This document shows positions 1 through 11,590 of a DNA stretch of 64,000 bases, piece after piece (position 1 is the first letter of the stretch; each line of letters begins with the position of its first letter). The notes below the pieces were generated by a model. The model did not search any database and was not told the origin of the DNA. It was given only the letters and a program-made list of their open reading frames with translations. A program made the translations under genes and the position numbers. Location: the NCBI GenBank assembly GCA_963847445.1, contig CAWJZV010000046.1:384001-448000 (forward strand), written 5' to 3'. The DNA comes from an uncultured delta proteobacterium. GTDB lineage: Bacteria; Desulfobacterota; Binatia; UBA9968.

Positions 1-194
1 GTTCAAAAGGCATCGCGTTGATCCGGTCTGATTGACCTCCTCAGGCGGCTTCGGCTCTGGAATTCGAAATATGTTCTTGCGATCTAGTGGATTCTCGGGC
101 TGATCTGGCGCGAAAGTCCTCGACTGATACGATTCGTGGTGACGCTAGAATAATTCTGTGCGTTGTTCTGCGCTGAGACGGCGGCGTTAGTTAG

Positions 195-602
195 ATGGCG
201 AAATTATTTCTCGCAACTCTATGCGACGATGTCCGCGAGGAGAAGAGCGGCAAATTCAGTCTCATGGGGCTGTTCGACCGCTTTATCGTCGGCGATTTCC
301 GCGCGCCGTTGCCGGTCTTTTGGCTGTTCGTGCAAATCGGTTGCGACACCGAGGGCGAGCATGAACTGACCGTGGAGTTTCGCCAGATTGGCGGCGCGTC
401 AGTACTTCGCGCCGATCTCAAGCATGGCATCGCCGGCAAAAGCAGCATCACTGGCCTATGCCATGCCAATGTCAATCTGCGCTTGGAGCATGTGACCGTG
501 CCGGGCGCCGGCATTTACGAATTTACGTTAAGCAGCGATGGCCTTGAGATTGGTGCGTTGCCTGTTGAAGTGGCCCAAGCGCAATCACGGGTTGTCCATT
601 GA
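195..602 (+). CDS. DUF6941-like hypothetical protein
   Basis: 135-aa ORF with N-terminal 'LCDDVREEKSGKFSLMGLFD' and C-terminal 'VPGAGIYEF' pattern resembling DUF6941. Confidence 0.6.
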   Translation: MAKLFLATLCDDVREEKSGKFSLMGLFDRFIVGDFRAPLPVFWLFVQIGCDTEGEHELTVEFRQIGGASVLRADLKHGIAGKSSITGLCHANVNLRLEHVTVPGAGIYEFTLSSDGLEIGALPVEVAQAQSRVVH

Positions 603-1410
603 GACCGGGCGAGGAGTTGCGGCACTACTTGGCGCGAAGAATCCGATGCCCAGTTGCTGCCTTCGGAAGCAAAAAATCGCGCCAAACCGGAGGAGACGGG
701 GAGTACCCGTGGTTACGAAGGAGTCGGTGGCCAGGCGCTTGAGGTCGGCCGGCCTGGCAATCTAACCGCCCGTTGAACCAACGGCAGATTGCGCTTGTCA
801 CCGCATCGCGTGGTCAATCCCACTGGCCCCGCTGCTATCAATCAACGCTACCCCTTTTGCTGTTCCACAGCGCCAATCCCGCTGCGGTCGTCTCTTGCTT
901 GGAACCTTGCCAAGGTCACGGGAATCCGCCGCAGTTCGCACCGATCACCGCTGCCGAGCCTTTGCGCGCGGGCGGAAGCGAGCCGAAGGCATGGGTACTG
1001 AACTGCTCTCTCCTTTGGCGATCGGCGGTGGCGGCTATGAGTACTCGGCTGCGCGTGGCATTTTCGCTATTGCAGCCGGGTGGTTGGCAGAATCGGCGGT
1101 TATCAGATTTCATCTGACTCTTGCATCGCCTCGAACGGCATTGTGATTGCTTCAAGCACTGGGTCTAAGATTCACAATTTAGGATGGGAAATGCGGTTTT
1201 TGGACCGACTGCGCCAAGTGTAGACCCGTATCCTTGTTATCACTGATGTTAAGCACCCCTAGGTGGAGCTTATTAGTGCGTCGATCGCGGATTTTTGAGT
1301 ATTAAAATGGGCGATCCCGAGTTAACCGAAGCGGCATCGAGGTCGGCCGACGCGACAAAGCCTCTGCCGACTGAAGAAATTGCGCCAAAGCGCGAGGAAA
1401 ACTGACAAAA

Positions 1411-2277
1411 ATGTCAAATCCACTGGAGAACCTGCAGCCGGAGCAGGCAGTGGTCCCAGATAGCGCTTTTCGTCCGACGGAGATCTTCGCCGAGGTTGCA
1501 AAAGATCAGATCGACCAGTCGACTCCCGCCTGTTTTGAGAAGATCGTGCGGATGTACCCGAATCGGCTAGCGCTCAAGGTGGGCGACCATGCGCTTACTT
1601 GCCACTGACCAAAGGTAAATTGGACCGAACCGCATTGCCTCGAGCCGATCACCAACGACCTAACTTGGAGCAAATCTACGTTCCGCCTCGGGATGAGTTT
1701 GAAATAGAGCTAGCTAGGATATGGACTGAGGTTTTAGGCATTGACACGGTCGGTCTCCATGATAATTTCTTCGATCTCGGCGGCCATTCCCTGGCAGCAT
1801 CACGGGTGATCTGCGGGTCATTCAAACATTTCAGCTGGAACTGCCGGTTAAAGCGCTCTTCGATGCGCCGACGGTGGCCGAGATGGCGAAAGTTATTTTG
1901 CAACACCAAGCCGAAAAGGCGGGCGAAAAGAAACTGGCGTCGATCCGACGACGGAAGTTGAGAGTAAACTAGCTGCGATTTGGGAGGATGTGTTATCACT
2001 TGATCGAGTCGGCGTTAACGACAACTTTTTCGATCTAGGCGGTCATTCGCTGGCAGCGACTCGGGTGGTTTCTCAGGTCATTAAGCAATTCCAATTAGTG
2101 CTGCCGCTTCTCTCATTGTTCCAGTCGCCCACGGTTGCCGAGATGGCGACGGTAGTTACCGAGCATCAGGGAAACCTGTTAGGTAAGGAAGAGCTTGAGC
2201 GCTTGTTGGGCGAATTAGAGTCGATGTCGGACGAGGAAGCGCAACAGTTGGTGGCCAAGGAAACGGTTAAGGGATGA
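1411..2277 (+). pseudogene. NRPS A-T-T remnant with nearly the whole A-domain core deleted
   Basis: The N-terminus (PEQ...FEKIVRMYPNRLALKVGDHALT) is paralogous to the 9198 ORF. It jumps at ~1600 straight to the A10 motif 'LPLTKGKLDRTALP', followed by two PCP motifs (FFDLGGHSL x2) and an acidic tail. Confidence 0.75.
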
Positions 2278-2373
2278 GCGAGCAAAAGCTTTTGCCGATG
2301 TCACTCAATCGTTGTCGTATGGGTGCTTCGAAACAAACGACCGACTACGGCTCGTACTAGCCAAGTAAAAAGC

Positions 2374-4172
2374 ATGAATGACCGAAAAGCCGACACGATC
2401 TATGAACTGCTCAAAGCACGGGCTGAGCACGCTCCTGAAGCTGTAGCTATTCTCGCGCCTGGTCGGAGCGCTCTTACTTACCTCGGACTGCTCGTCAGGT
2501 CGAGCGAGGTTGCGCGATGCGTTGCATGGCAGAGGCGTGCAACATAGCGACTCGGTCGCCATCGTACTGCCCAACGGTCCCGAGATGGCGGTGACTTTTG
2601 TTGGGGTTGCCGCTAACGCCATATGTGCACCGCTGAATCCAGCCTACAGCCGTCGCGAGTTTGAGTTCTATCTCTCCGATCTCAAGCCAAAAGCGTTGAT
2701 TGTGCAATCGGGCATGAACTCCGCGGCCGTTGCCGTCGCTGAAGAGCGCGCGATTGCAATCATTGAGCTATCGTCAAAACCTGGGGCAGCCGATGGTGTC
2801 CTCGATTTGGGCGATAATCAACAGCGGGCGCCTTCTACTTTTAGTTTGCCCCAAGCAAACGATATTGCGCTGATTCTCCATACCTCAGGGACAACTTCCC
2901 GACCCAAGATGGTTCCGTTGACCCATGCCAATCTCATAGCCTCAGCCGGGAACATTGCCGCCACTTTGCGGCTGAGCGAAGCGGATCGCTGCCTCAACGT
3001 CATGCCGCTGTTTCACATCCACGGGCTGGTGGGCGCGCTGCTTTCATCGGTGATGGCGGGTGCCAGCGTGGTCTGCGCTTCGGGGTTCGATGAGCGAGCA
3101 GTTCTTCTCATGGCTCGAGGCTTTTCGTCCGACCTGGTACACGGCGGTGCCGACGATTCATCACGCTGTTGTCGATTACGCGCAAGCGGAGCCGATGGCG
3201 TTCAGCAATCACTCGCTCAGATTCATCCGATCTTCGTCTGCCGCGCTACCTGCACGGGTGATGCAGGGCTTAGAGGAATCGTTCCAGGTTCCTGTGATTG
3301 AGTCCTATGGCATGACCGAGGCGGCGCATCAGATGGCCAGCAGCCCGTTGCCGCCCGGTCAGCGCAAGGCCGGTTCGGTTGGACCGGCGGCGGGACCGGA
3401 AGTGTCGATTATGGATGAGACCGGCAATTTATTAACCGGCGGTGAAATTGGCGAAGTCGTGATTCGCGGTGCCAATGTCATGTCCGGCTATGGCAACAGC
3501 GAAGCCAACGCCGAAGCGTTTACACGGGGTTGGTTTAGGACGGGGGACCAGGGCTATCTCGACAAAGACGGTTATCTGTTCATTAGCGGGCGTCTCAAGG
3601 AAATCATTAACCGTGGAGGAGAAAAGATCTCGCCACGGGAAGTCGACGACGCGCTGTTGGCGCATTTCGCCGTCGCACAAGCGGTGACGTTTGGCGTGCC
3701 TCATCCGACTCTTGGCGAGGAAGTCGCGGCGGCGGTGGTACTGCGCCCGCAAGCGCGGGCGAGTGTGAATGAACTTAGACAATTTGTCGCGACCACACTG
3801 GCCGACTTCAAAGTGCCACGACAGATCGTTTTCGTCGACGCCATCCCACTGGGTGCCACCGGTAAAATTGCCCGCAACGGTTTGTCTGAGCAACTTGCCG
3901 ACCAGCTTAAATCCGAAAGCGGGGCGCCGCAGACTGATCTCCAACATGCGGTGGCGACTATTTTCGCCGAAGTTGTCGGTGTGGAACAAGTGGGCGCGAC
4001 CGATGACTTCTTCGATCTCGGCGGCGATTCGTTGCGCGCATTTCAAGTGATTAGCCGCATCCGAGCCAGGTTCGACGTCAATCTTTCCATTGCGACTGTC
4101 TTCGCCAAATCGACCGTCGCGGAGTTGGCTGATGAAATCGTCCGGGCACTGGGGGACACGGACAGCGGCTAG
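2374..4172 (+). CDS. Acyl-adenylating enzyme (oxalate-CoA ligase/AAE3/PCS60-like) fused to a C-terminal carrier domain; frameshifted
   Basis: ORFs 2323-2547, 2510-3301 and 3060-4172. Motifs LHTSGTTSRPK, MPLFHIHGL, TWYTAVPTIH, RFIRSSSAAL, ESYGMTEAAHQM, GEKISPREVD; carrier motif FFDLGGDSL. Confidence 0.8.
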
Positions 4173-4207
4173 ACCAAACCGCAGCATTTGCTCGGCGGGG
4201 AATAATC

Positions 4208-5904
4208 ATGATTGAAGAACCGTCGAAGAAATTCGAAGCGCACGGCGAACGGAACGCCAAGCTGACGAAAACCGATGGCCATTCGCTGGTGGCGCAGAGT
4301 TTGAAAAGTCTTGGCGTCACGCATGTATACTGCATCGCGGGCACGCCGATCCGGGAAACGTTCGCCAAATGCGCTACGCTCGGCATTCGTCCCATCGGTG
4401 TGCGCCACCAACAGTCCGGCGTGTTGATGGCGCTCGCCCAGAACTACGTAACCGGAGGACTCCCGGCAGTGGCGCTGTTCTCCGCCGGACCGGCGATCAC
4501 TAACGCTGTGACCGGTATTCTTGTCGCCAAGGATAACTGTTGGCCATTGGTGGTCTTGGGCGGCAGACGGCCATTTGAACATGCGCGGCATGGGTTCTTT
4601 TCAAGAACTGGACGCGGTGACGATTTTTCAGTCGATCACCAAGTGGTCGGCGGTAGTCGAAAAAACTTCGGAGATTCCAGGTTATTTGGCACGGGCGTTC
4701 CAAATCGCCCGACAGTGGACGACCCGGCCCTGTGTATCTCGATTTGCCTGAGGATGTTCTATGGCGCAACCCAAATGTCGTCCGCTGCCGTCCAATCGCC
4801 CCGGCGATCTTGCCACAACTCGCGACGACAGCGAGATTGAGCAGGCGGCCGATCTATTACTTGTCCGCACAGCGGCCAGCGCTGATCATCGGTAAAGGAG
4901 TTCGTTGGTCCGCGCCCTATGCCGAAATGCGACGGCTCGTTGAGGAGTTTGATATCCCGTTCATCACGTCGCCCATGGGGCGGGGCTTTTTGCCAGACGA
5001 TCATCCGCTATGTGCGAACCATGCCGCGCGGTACCCTGCAGAGAAGGGCGGACGTGATTTTATTGTTGGGGGCCCGGCTTGATTGGACCTTTCGTTTCGG
5101 CAGACAATTTGCCCGCGATGCGAAATTGATCCAGATCGATATTCATGAGCCAGAGATTGGCACCAATCGCGCCGGCGACGGTGGGGATCGTTGGGGACGT
5201 AAAGTTGGTTCTACAAAAAATCCTCGATTGTATGACGCGCAAGGTAAGTACGGCGCCGCGAGCGAGCTTGGCGCCGTGGCGCGCGCATGCTGGAGGCCGA
5301 ACGGAGATTCGAGAGCTCCAAGCTGGACAGCCAAATGCGCAGCGCCACGCTGCCCATGTCGCCTCAGCGGATGTTTAAGGAGATCAAAGACTTTCTACCC
5401 CGCGATGCGATTTGTATTCTTGACGGCAACATTTCCATGGCCGCCGGTCAGCGCGTCTTGCCCGCTTACTTGCCGGCTTCGCGTTTTACCGCCGGAACCA
5501 ACGGCTGTATGGGCGTCGGCGTCCCGTACGCCGTCGGCGCTAAAATCGCTCAGCCTGACCGGCTGGTTATTGCCGTCTGCGGTGACATGGGTTTTGCTTT
5601 GAGCGCCATGGATATGGAAACCGCGGTGCGGCACAAAGTTCCTATCCTGGTCGTTGTGGCTAACAACGACGGGGGAACTGGCGCGATCACCCAGAGCACT
5701 TTTTTCCCGAACTCTGAAGAACGGATCACCATGTTCCAACCCGACATTCACTATGACAATATCATGCTCGCCTTCGGCGGTCATGGGGAATACGTGGACC
5801 GTCCGGAGCAATTAAGACCGGCGTTGGAACGATCTGTTGCGTCAGGTAAAGCGGCCTGCATCAATGTCAAGATCGATCCGTTCGCCGCTTATCCGCAGGA
5901 TTAA
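4208..5904 (+). CDS. ThDP-dependent enzyme, oxalyl-CoA decarboxylase / 2-hydroxyacyl-CoA lyase-like; frameshifted
   Basis: Joined ORFs 4208-, 4521-, 4732-, 4919-, 5145- and 5287-. Motifs GIRPIGVRHQQ, NCWPLVVLGG, FQELD, IIGKG, LLGARLDW and the ThDP motif GDMGFALSAMDMETAVR...VVANN. Confidence 0.8.
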
Positions 5905-5929
5905 GGACGCTGTCGCGGAACAATTAGTC

Positions 5930-8900
5930 ATGCAAAAGCAATTCATTCCCAAAAGAAAAGATCGCCAATCCGCGCCGCTATCTTTTGCCCAACAGCGACT
6001 GTGGTTTTTGGATCAACTCGAGCCCAACAGCCCGCGTTACAATGTCTCACGCGCGCTCAGGCTCCGAGGCGAACTAAACCTTACAAGTATTGCAAGAAGC
6101 GCTCGACGCCATTGTGAGTCGGCATGAAACTCTACGCAGCAACTTTCGCGAGGTCGATGGCTTGCCCATACTCATAATCAGGCCGTCCGTGAAGTCTCCC
6201 GTGACATTCGTTGATCTGAGCGATCAACCGATAGATTGCCGCGAGGACACGCTGATCGCTACATTAAATGAGACTAGTTCTGCGGCCGTATAATCTGTCG
6301 ACGGATGCCATGCTGCGGGCGAGTTTGGTGCGGGTAACCCCACACGATCACGTCCTGCTCTTAGTCTTGCCGCACATTACCTCGGACGGCTGGTCCATGG
6401 TCATATTATGCCAGGAACTGATGGCTCTCTACGATTCTTTGTTACACGGTCAGCCTTGCCCATTACCCGATCTACCGATCCAATACGCCGATTACGCAGT
6501 TTGGCAACGCGAATGGTTACAGGGCGAGTTGCTGGACAGACAACTCTCTTACTGGAGTCGAACACCTCGCGGAGATTTCCGATCTCAATTTACCCACTGA
6601 CCGCAGCCGACCGGCACTGCCAAGCTGCCGCAACGGGGCGCAATCCGCGAAGTATCCGCAGCATCTTACCAATCAACTCAATGACCTAGCGCGGACCGAA
6701 CGAGCAACGCTGTTCATCACGTTGCTCGCGGCGTTCAATGCGCTGCTTTACAGGTACACCGGTCAAAATGACATTGCCGTAGGTTGCCCGATCGCGAATC
6801 GTCGATATGTGGAACTCGAGGGTTTGATAGGTTTCTTTGCAAATACGCTGGTCTTCAGAAACAGTCTGTCCGGCAATCCAACTTTTCGCGAGCTAATGGC
6901 GCGGGTACGTGAAGTCGCTCTTGGGGCCTACGAACATCAAGATGTTCCATTTGAAAAATTGGTGGACGAGCTGCAACCGGATCGTGACCTCAGCCGTAAC
7001 CCACTTTTTCAGGTCACCTTTCAGCTAAGAAACTATCCTCGCCAGCTCGTTCAGCCAACAGAAATAACAGTCGAGCCGTTCGAACTGCGTTCAGGAATAG
7101 CTAAGTTCGATTTGTCTTTGGCAATGACCGACGAAGAGGATGGCCTAAAGGCGGAGATCGAATATAATCCGGATCTTTTTGAGTCAGCGACAATCACCCG
7201 AATGCTGGGTCACTTTCGGACATTGCTTGCAGGAATAGTAGCGAATCCTGATCAACCGATCAGCGAATTACCCTTACTCACCGAGGCGGAAAAACATCAA
7301 CTCTTGGTCGAGTGGAACGACACCAAGACCGACTACCCCCAAGACAAGTGCATCCATCAATTGTTCGAAGCTCAGGTCGAGAAAACTCCAGACGCCATCG
7401 CAGTGGTCTTTGCAGAGCGGCAGTTGACCTATCGAGAACTGAATCGCCGCGCCAACCAACTCGCTCATTTTTTACGAAAACTCGGCGTCGGCCCGGAGAC
7501 TCTTGTGGCTCTCTGTGTCGAACGGTCCCTCGAAATGGTTGTCGGACTACTCGCGATCCTCAAAGCCGGTGGCGCCTATGTGCCGATGGACCCCGACTAT
7601 CCAAGCGACCGGCTGGAGTTCATGCTGCGCGACACTCAAGCGGCGGTCTTGTTGACCCAGGAGCGGCTGTATCGCCGGCTGCCGGTGTACCCGGGGCAAC
7701 GAGTTTGTTTCGACCAGGATCGGGAAACGGTCAGTCGGGAAAGCGGCGAGAATCTTGGTCAGAATACAGCACCCAAAGTCTTGCTTACGTGATTTACACC
7801 TCCGGCTCAACCGGCAAACCTAAGGGAGTAATGATCGAACATCGTAGCGCCGTCGCATTCCTTAGGTGGGCGCACGATGTATTCACGGACGAAGATTTGG
7901 CCGGTGTATTGGCGTCGACATCGATCTGTTTCGATCTGTCCGTTTTCGAATTGTTTGCGCCGCTGACATCCGGTGGCCGAGTAATCCTGCTTGAAAATGC
8001 CCTTGCGTTGGGTCAATTGGATCACGCTGTGGAGCCGACACTGATTAACACGGTGCCTTCGGTCATGGCGGAATTGTTGCGGCTCAGAAAATTGCCACCA
8101 TCGATTCGTACGGTGAACTTGGCGGGCGAACCGCTAAAGGCCAGCTTGGTCGAGGCGATCTTCCAGCATACTTCCGCGTTGCAGGTCTATGATCTCTACG
8201 GCCCGTCGGAAACGACGACGTACTCGACCTATGCACGCAGAACTGTCGGCGGGATTCAAACGATTGGGCGGCCGATAACGAACACCCAGATCTACATTCT
8301 CGATTCTTACCTCAACGCCGTACCGGTAGGCGTATCAGGAGAGCTTTACATCGGCGGCGCAGGTTTGGCGCGCGGATATCTCAATCGGCCAGACCTGACC
8401 GCGGAGAAATTTGTTCCGCATCCATTCAGCGATAAAGCGGGAGCTAGGCTCTATCGGACTGGAGATCGCGCGCGCTATTTGCCCGATGGCAGCATCGAGT
8501 ATCTGGGCCGCATGGACAACCAGGTAAAGATCCGCGGTTATCGGATCGAGTTAGGGGAGATCGAAGTCGGTGCTCGGTCAACATCCGTCGGTGAGAGAAT
8601 CCGTCATACTCGCTCGCGAAGATATTCCCGGAGACCGCCGGCTGGTGGGATATGTGGTAGCGAGACCGGAAGCGTCGTTCGACGCTGCAGAAGTGAGAAA
8701 GTATCTCAAGCAGAAACTACCTGAGCACATGATTCCGTCGGCCTTGGTGCTATTGGATGAATTGCCGTTGACTCCGAATGGCAAGGTAGACCGCAGAGGA
8801 TTGCCGGCGACGGGTCAAAATCGAGCCGAAAGCGACAAAACATTCACCGCCCCTCGGACTCCGGTCGAAGAAGTCCTCGCAAGCGACTGGTCAGAAGTGC

Positions 8901-9169
8901 TGAAAGTCGACAAGGTCGGCACTCACGACAACTTCTTTGATCTCGGTGGCAACTCGCTGTTAGCTGTGCAAATCGTATCGCGAATCCGTAGTGCTTTTTC
9001 TATCGAGTTTCCGTTGCGCAGCTTATTTGAAATACCCACCATTGCCGAGATCGCGGCAATGATTGAGCAGAACCAAGCGAAGCGGGCAAGCGACCCGGAG
9101 CTAGCGCAAATATTGCGCGAAGTGGAGGCGATGACGGAGGAAGAGGCGCAGAAAATAGTCGCAAAGTAG
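5930..9169 (+). CDS. NRPS module C-A-T; A domain predicted to activate Ala; frameshifted
   Basis: [63 protein letters not shown]. Pocket residues read by eye as DLFNNALTYK, the Ala-type code. Confidence 0.9.
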
Positions 9170-9197
9170 CGGGATTGGCGACGAAGGAGAGACGGAC

Positions 9198-11246
9198 ATG
9201 GATGATTCGCCCATACATAGCTTCAATCTTCCACCGGAGCAGCAAAGGATCCGCGACAAATGCCTGCATCCATCGGGGACATTTGTCGAGTTTCCGATGG
9301 CAGACGTCGAGAGCTCGATCCCAGCGCGTTTCGAGAAGGTCGTGCGACAGTATCCGAATTACACCGCGATAAAAGCCGGTGACGAGGTGGTCACCTATGC
9401 AGAGCTTAACGCCTTGGCCAATCGAGTGGCTCGAGTCATCGCCGAGCGCGCGGGAAACAACGCGGTGCCTATCGCTGTGCTTATAGACAAAGGCATAAAG
9501 CAAATCGCCGCGATGATGGGTGTCCTAAAAGCTGGGCGTTCCTTTATGCTGCTTGACGGATCCCTGCCCAAAACACGGCTCGAAGTCATGCTAGAAGATT
9601 GCTCGCCGGAACTGACAGTTACCGACGGACAAAGCAACTCGTTGGCCGATGAACTTATGCCGGCAGACCAGCCGGTAATTAAGTTCGACTCAATCGATCC
9701 CAACGTCCCAAGCGAGAATCCCGACATCAAGATTGCCCCAGACGCTCTCGCATACGTTGTTCATACTTCGGGCTCCACGGGACGGCCTAAGGGGGTCATC
9801 TATAATCACAACACGTTGTTGCATCACGTCATGTTGCGCACGAATGCGGACGGATTTTGTCCACAGGATCGAATTTCACATTTTTCATCCGGCACGGCAA
9901 ATGCCATTACCAACCCTTTTTTCGCATTGTTGAATGGAGCCGCGCTCTTGCCGTTCGACGTTAAGAAAGAGGGAATTCGTCGCCTCAGCACTTGGCTCTC
10001 GCAGGAGAAAGTCACGGTCTGTCTGATTGCAGCTCCCTTATTTCGGAACCTGTGCGAAGATTTGACGGCACCGGACGGATTCCCCGATATGCGATTGCTC
10101 AGGTTGAGAAGTGAAACGGTTTGCAAGTCCGACGTCGATCTCTACAAACGCTATTTCTCCGAATACAGCATCTTAGCTAACGGCTTATCTTCCAGCGAAA
10201 CGCACATGTTGACTGAGTATTATATCGACTCCGCTACGAAACTTCCGGGTGCAGACGTTCCGGTTGGTTATGCCGTTCAAGAGAAGGAGATCTTACTGTT
10301 GAACGAACAAGGCGAATCGGTCGGTTACAATGAAATCGGTGAGATCGTCGTGCGCAGCAAGCATCTATCGCCAGGTTACTGGCGCAACCCGGAATTAACC
10401 TCCGCTAAGTTCAAGAACGACCCGGCACGCCCCGAGGAATGCATCTATCATACTGGGGACCTTGGCCTCATGCTTCCCGATGGCTGCCTGATTCACAAAG
10501 GCCGCAAGGATTTCCGCATCAAGATTCGTGGCTACGGAGTGGAGATTGGCGAAGTTGAACAAGCTCTGCGCGAGCAGTCGGAGATTCAAGACACTGTGGT
10601 GGTGGCGAAAGAGACCGAATCGGGGGAAGTTCGATTGGTTGCTTATCTCACATCGCCAGTTCAGCCCAGACCCGACATCCGACAAGTACGCACTATGCTG
10701 AAGACGAAGTTACCCGACTATATGATTCCATCGTCTTTTGTGCTCCTCGATGCGTTGCCGTTAACAGCGAATGGAAAATTAGACCGCCGGGCGCTGCCTG
10801 ATCCAGGAAACACTCGCCCCGACCTAAGTAACTCGTATGCACCACCGTCAACCACGACGCAAGCGCAGCTCATATCGATATGGTCAGAGGTGTTGTCACT
10901 GGATCAAATTGGCGTCCACGATAGTTTCTTCGACCTAGGCGGCCATTCGCTGGCCGCGTTTCGGGTGGTCTCTCGGGTGATCCAAACATTTGCACTGGAG
11001 CTGCCCATCAAGGCTCTATTCGACGCACCGACGGTCGCCGAGATGGCGGCTATCATCGTGCAGAACCAAGCCAAGCGGGCAAGCGACGAAGATCTAGCGC
11101 AGATGCTGCGTGAGGTAGAAGCGATGACCGAGGATGAAGCGCGGAAACAGATTGCCGATGAATACCTGCGCAAAACCGACGGAAGTTTGAAATGGTCGAT
11201 TCTTTCTGTCGTGGGGTACGAAACGGCCATGGTATCGGCCCCGTAA
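9198..11246 (+). CDS. Stand-alone NRPS-like A-T didomain with a non-amino-acid-type pocket
   Basis: Intact 682-aa [55 protein letters not shown]. The A4 motif lacks FD (reads SHFSSGTANA). Confidence 0.85.
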   Translation: MDDSPIHSFNLPPEQQRIRDKCLHPSGTFVEFPMADVESSIPARFEKVVRQYPNYTAIKAGDEVVTYAELNALANRVARVIAERAGNNAVPIAVLIDKGIKQIAAMMGVLKAGRSFMLLDGSLPKTRLEVMLEDCSPELTVTDGQSNSLADELMPADQPVIKFDSIDPNVPSENPDIKIAPDALAYVVHTSGSTGRPKGVIYNHNTLLHHVMLRTNADGFCPQDRISHFSSGTANAITNPFFALLNGAALLPFDVKKEGIRRLSTWLSQEKVTVCLIAAPLFRNLCEDLTAPDGFPDMRLLRLRSETVCKSDVDLYKRYFSEYSILANGLSSSETHMLTEYYIDSATKLPGADVPVGYAVQEKEILLLNEQGESVGYNEIGEIVVRSKHLSPGYWRNPELTSAKFKNDPARPEECIYHTGDLGLMLPDGCLIHKGRKDFRIKIRGYGVEIGEVEQALREQSEIQDTVVVAKETESGEVRLVAYLTSPVQPRPDIRQVRTMLKTKLPDYMIPSSFVLLDALPLTANGKLDRRALPDPGNTRPDLSNSYAPPSTTTQAQLISIWSEVLSLDQIGVHDSFFDLGGHSLAAFRVVSRVIQTFALELPIKALFDAPTVAEMAAIIVQNQAKRASDEDLAQMLREVEAMTEDEARKQIADEYLRKTDGSLKWSILSVVGYETAMVSAP

Positions 11247-11590
11247 TGGCGCGGCTATCTCAACGAGCAATCCACCGGAAATCATAAGAGAAAATAGCGG
11301 ATTCTGTGGTGGCCTCGTCCGGCGGTGCGTATGGACGCTCTACGGTAAAGCCTAGTGACAAGCTGGACCGCAGCAGGTTATCATCTGTTTGTGGCCGCTG
11401 ATATTTCGGTCGTGCACGCCGTGATGAATCGTTTTCCGAGACTAGGTTGATTGGTAATGTCATAGTGCGGTCTATATTGAAGCTTGGTCAGTGAGTCTAG
11501 GATGGATAAATTTGTGGCCGATGTCGAAACGATGTTTAGCGCGATTGCTGACTCGATCTACAAGGGGCAACTACCCAAGTTGGAGTCTTG

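Noticed and set aside
603-1410. Overlapping short ORFs upstream of the NRPS cluster as precursor peptides
   Set aside because: No clear RBS or leader-core pattern, and no RiPP enzymes nearby. Cannot be supported.
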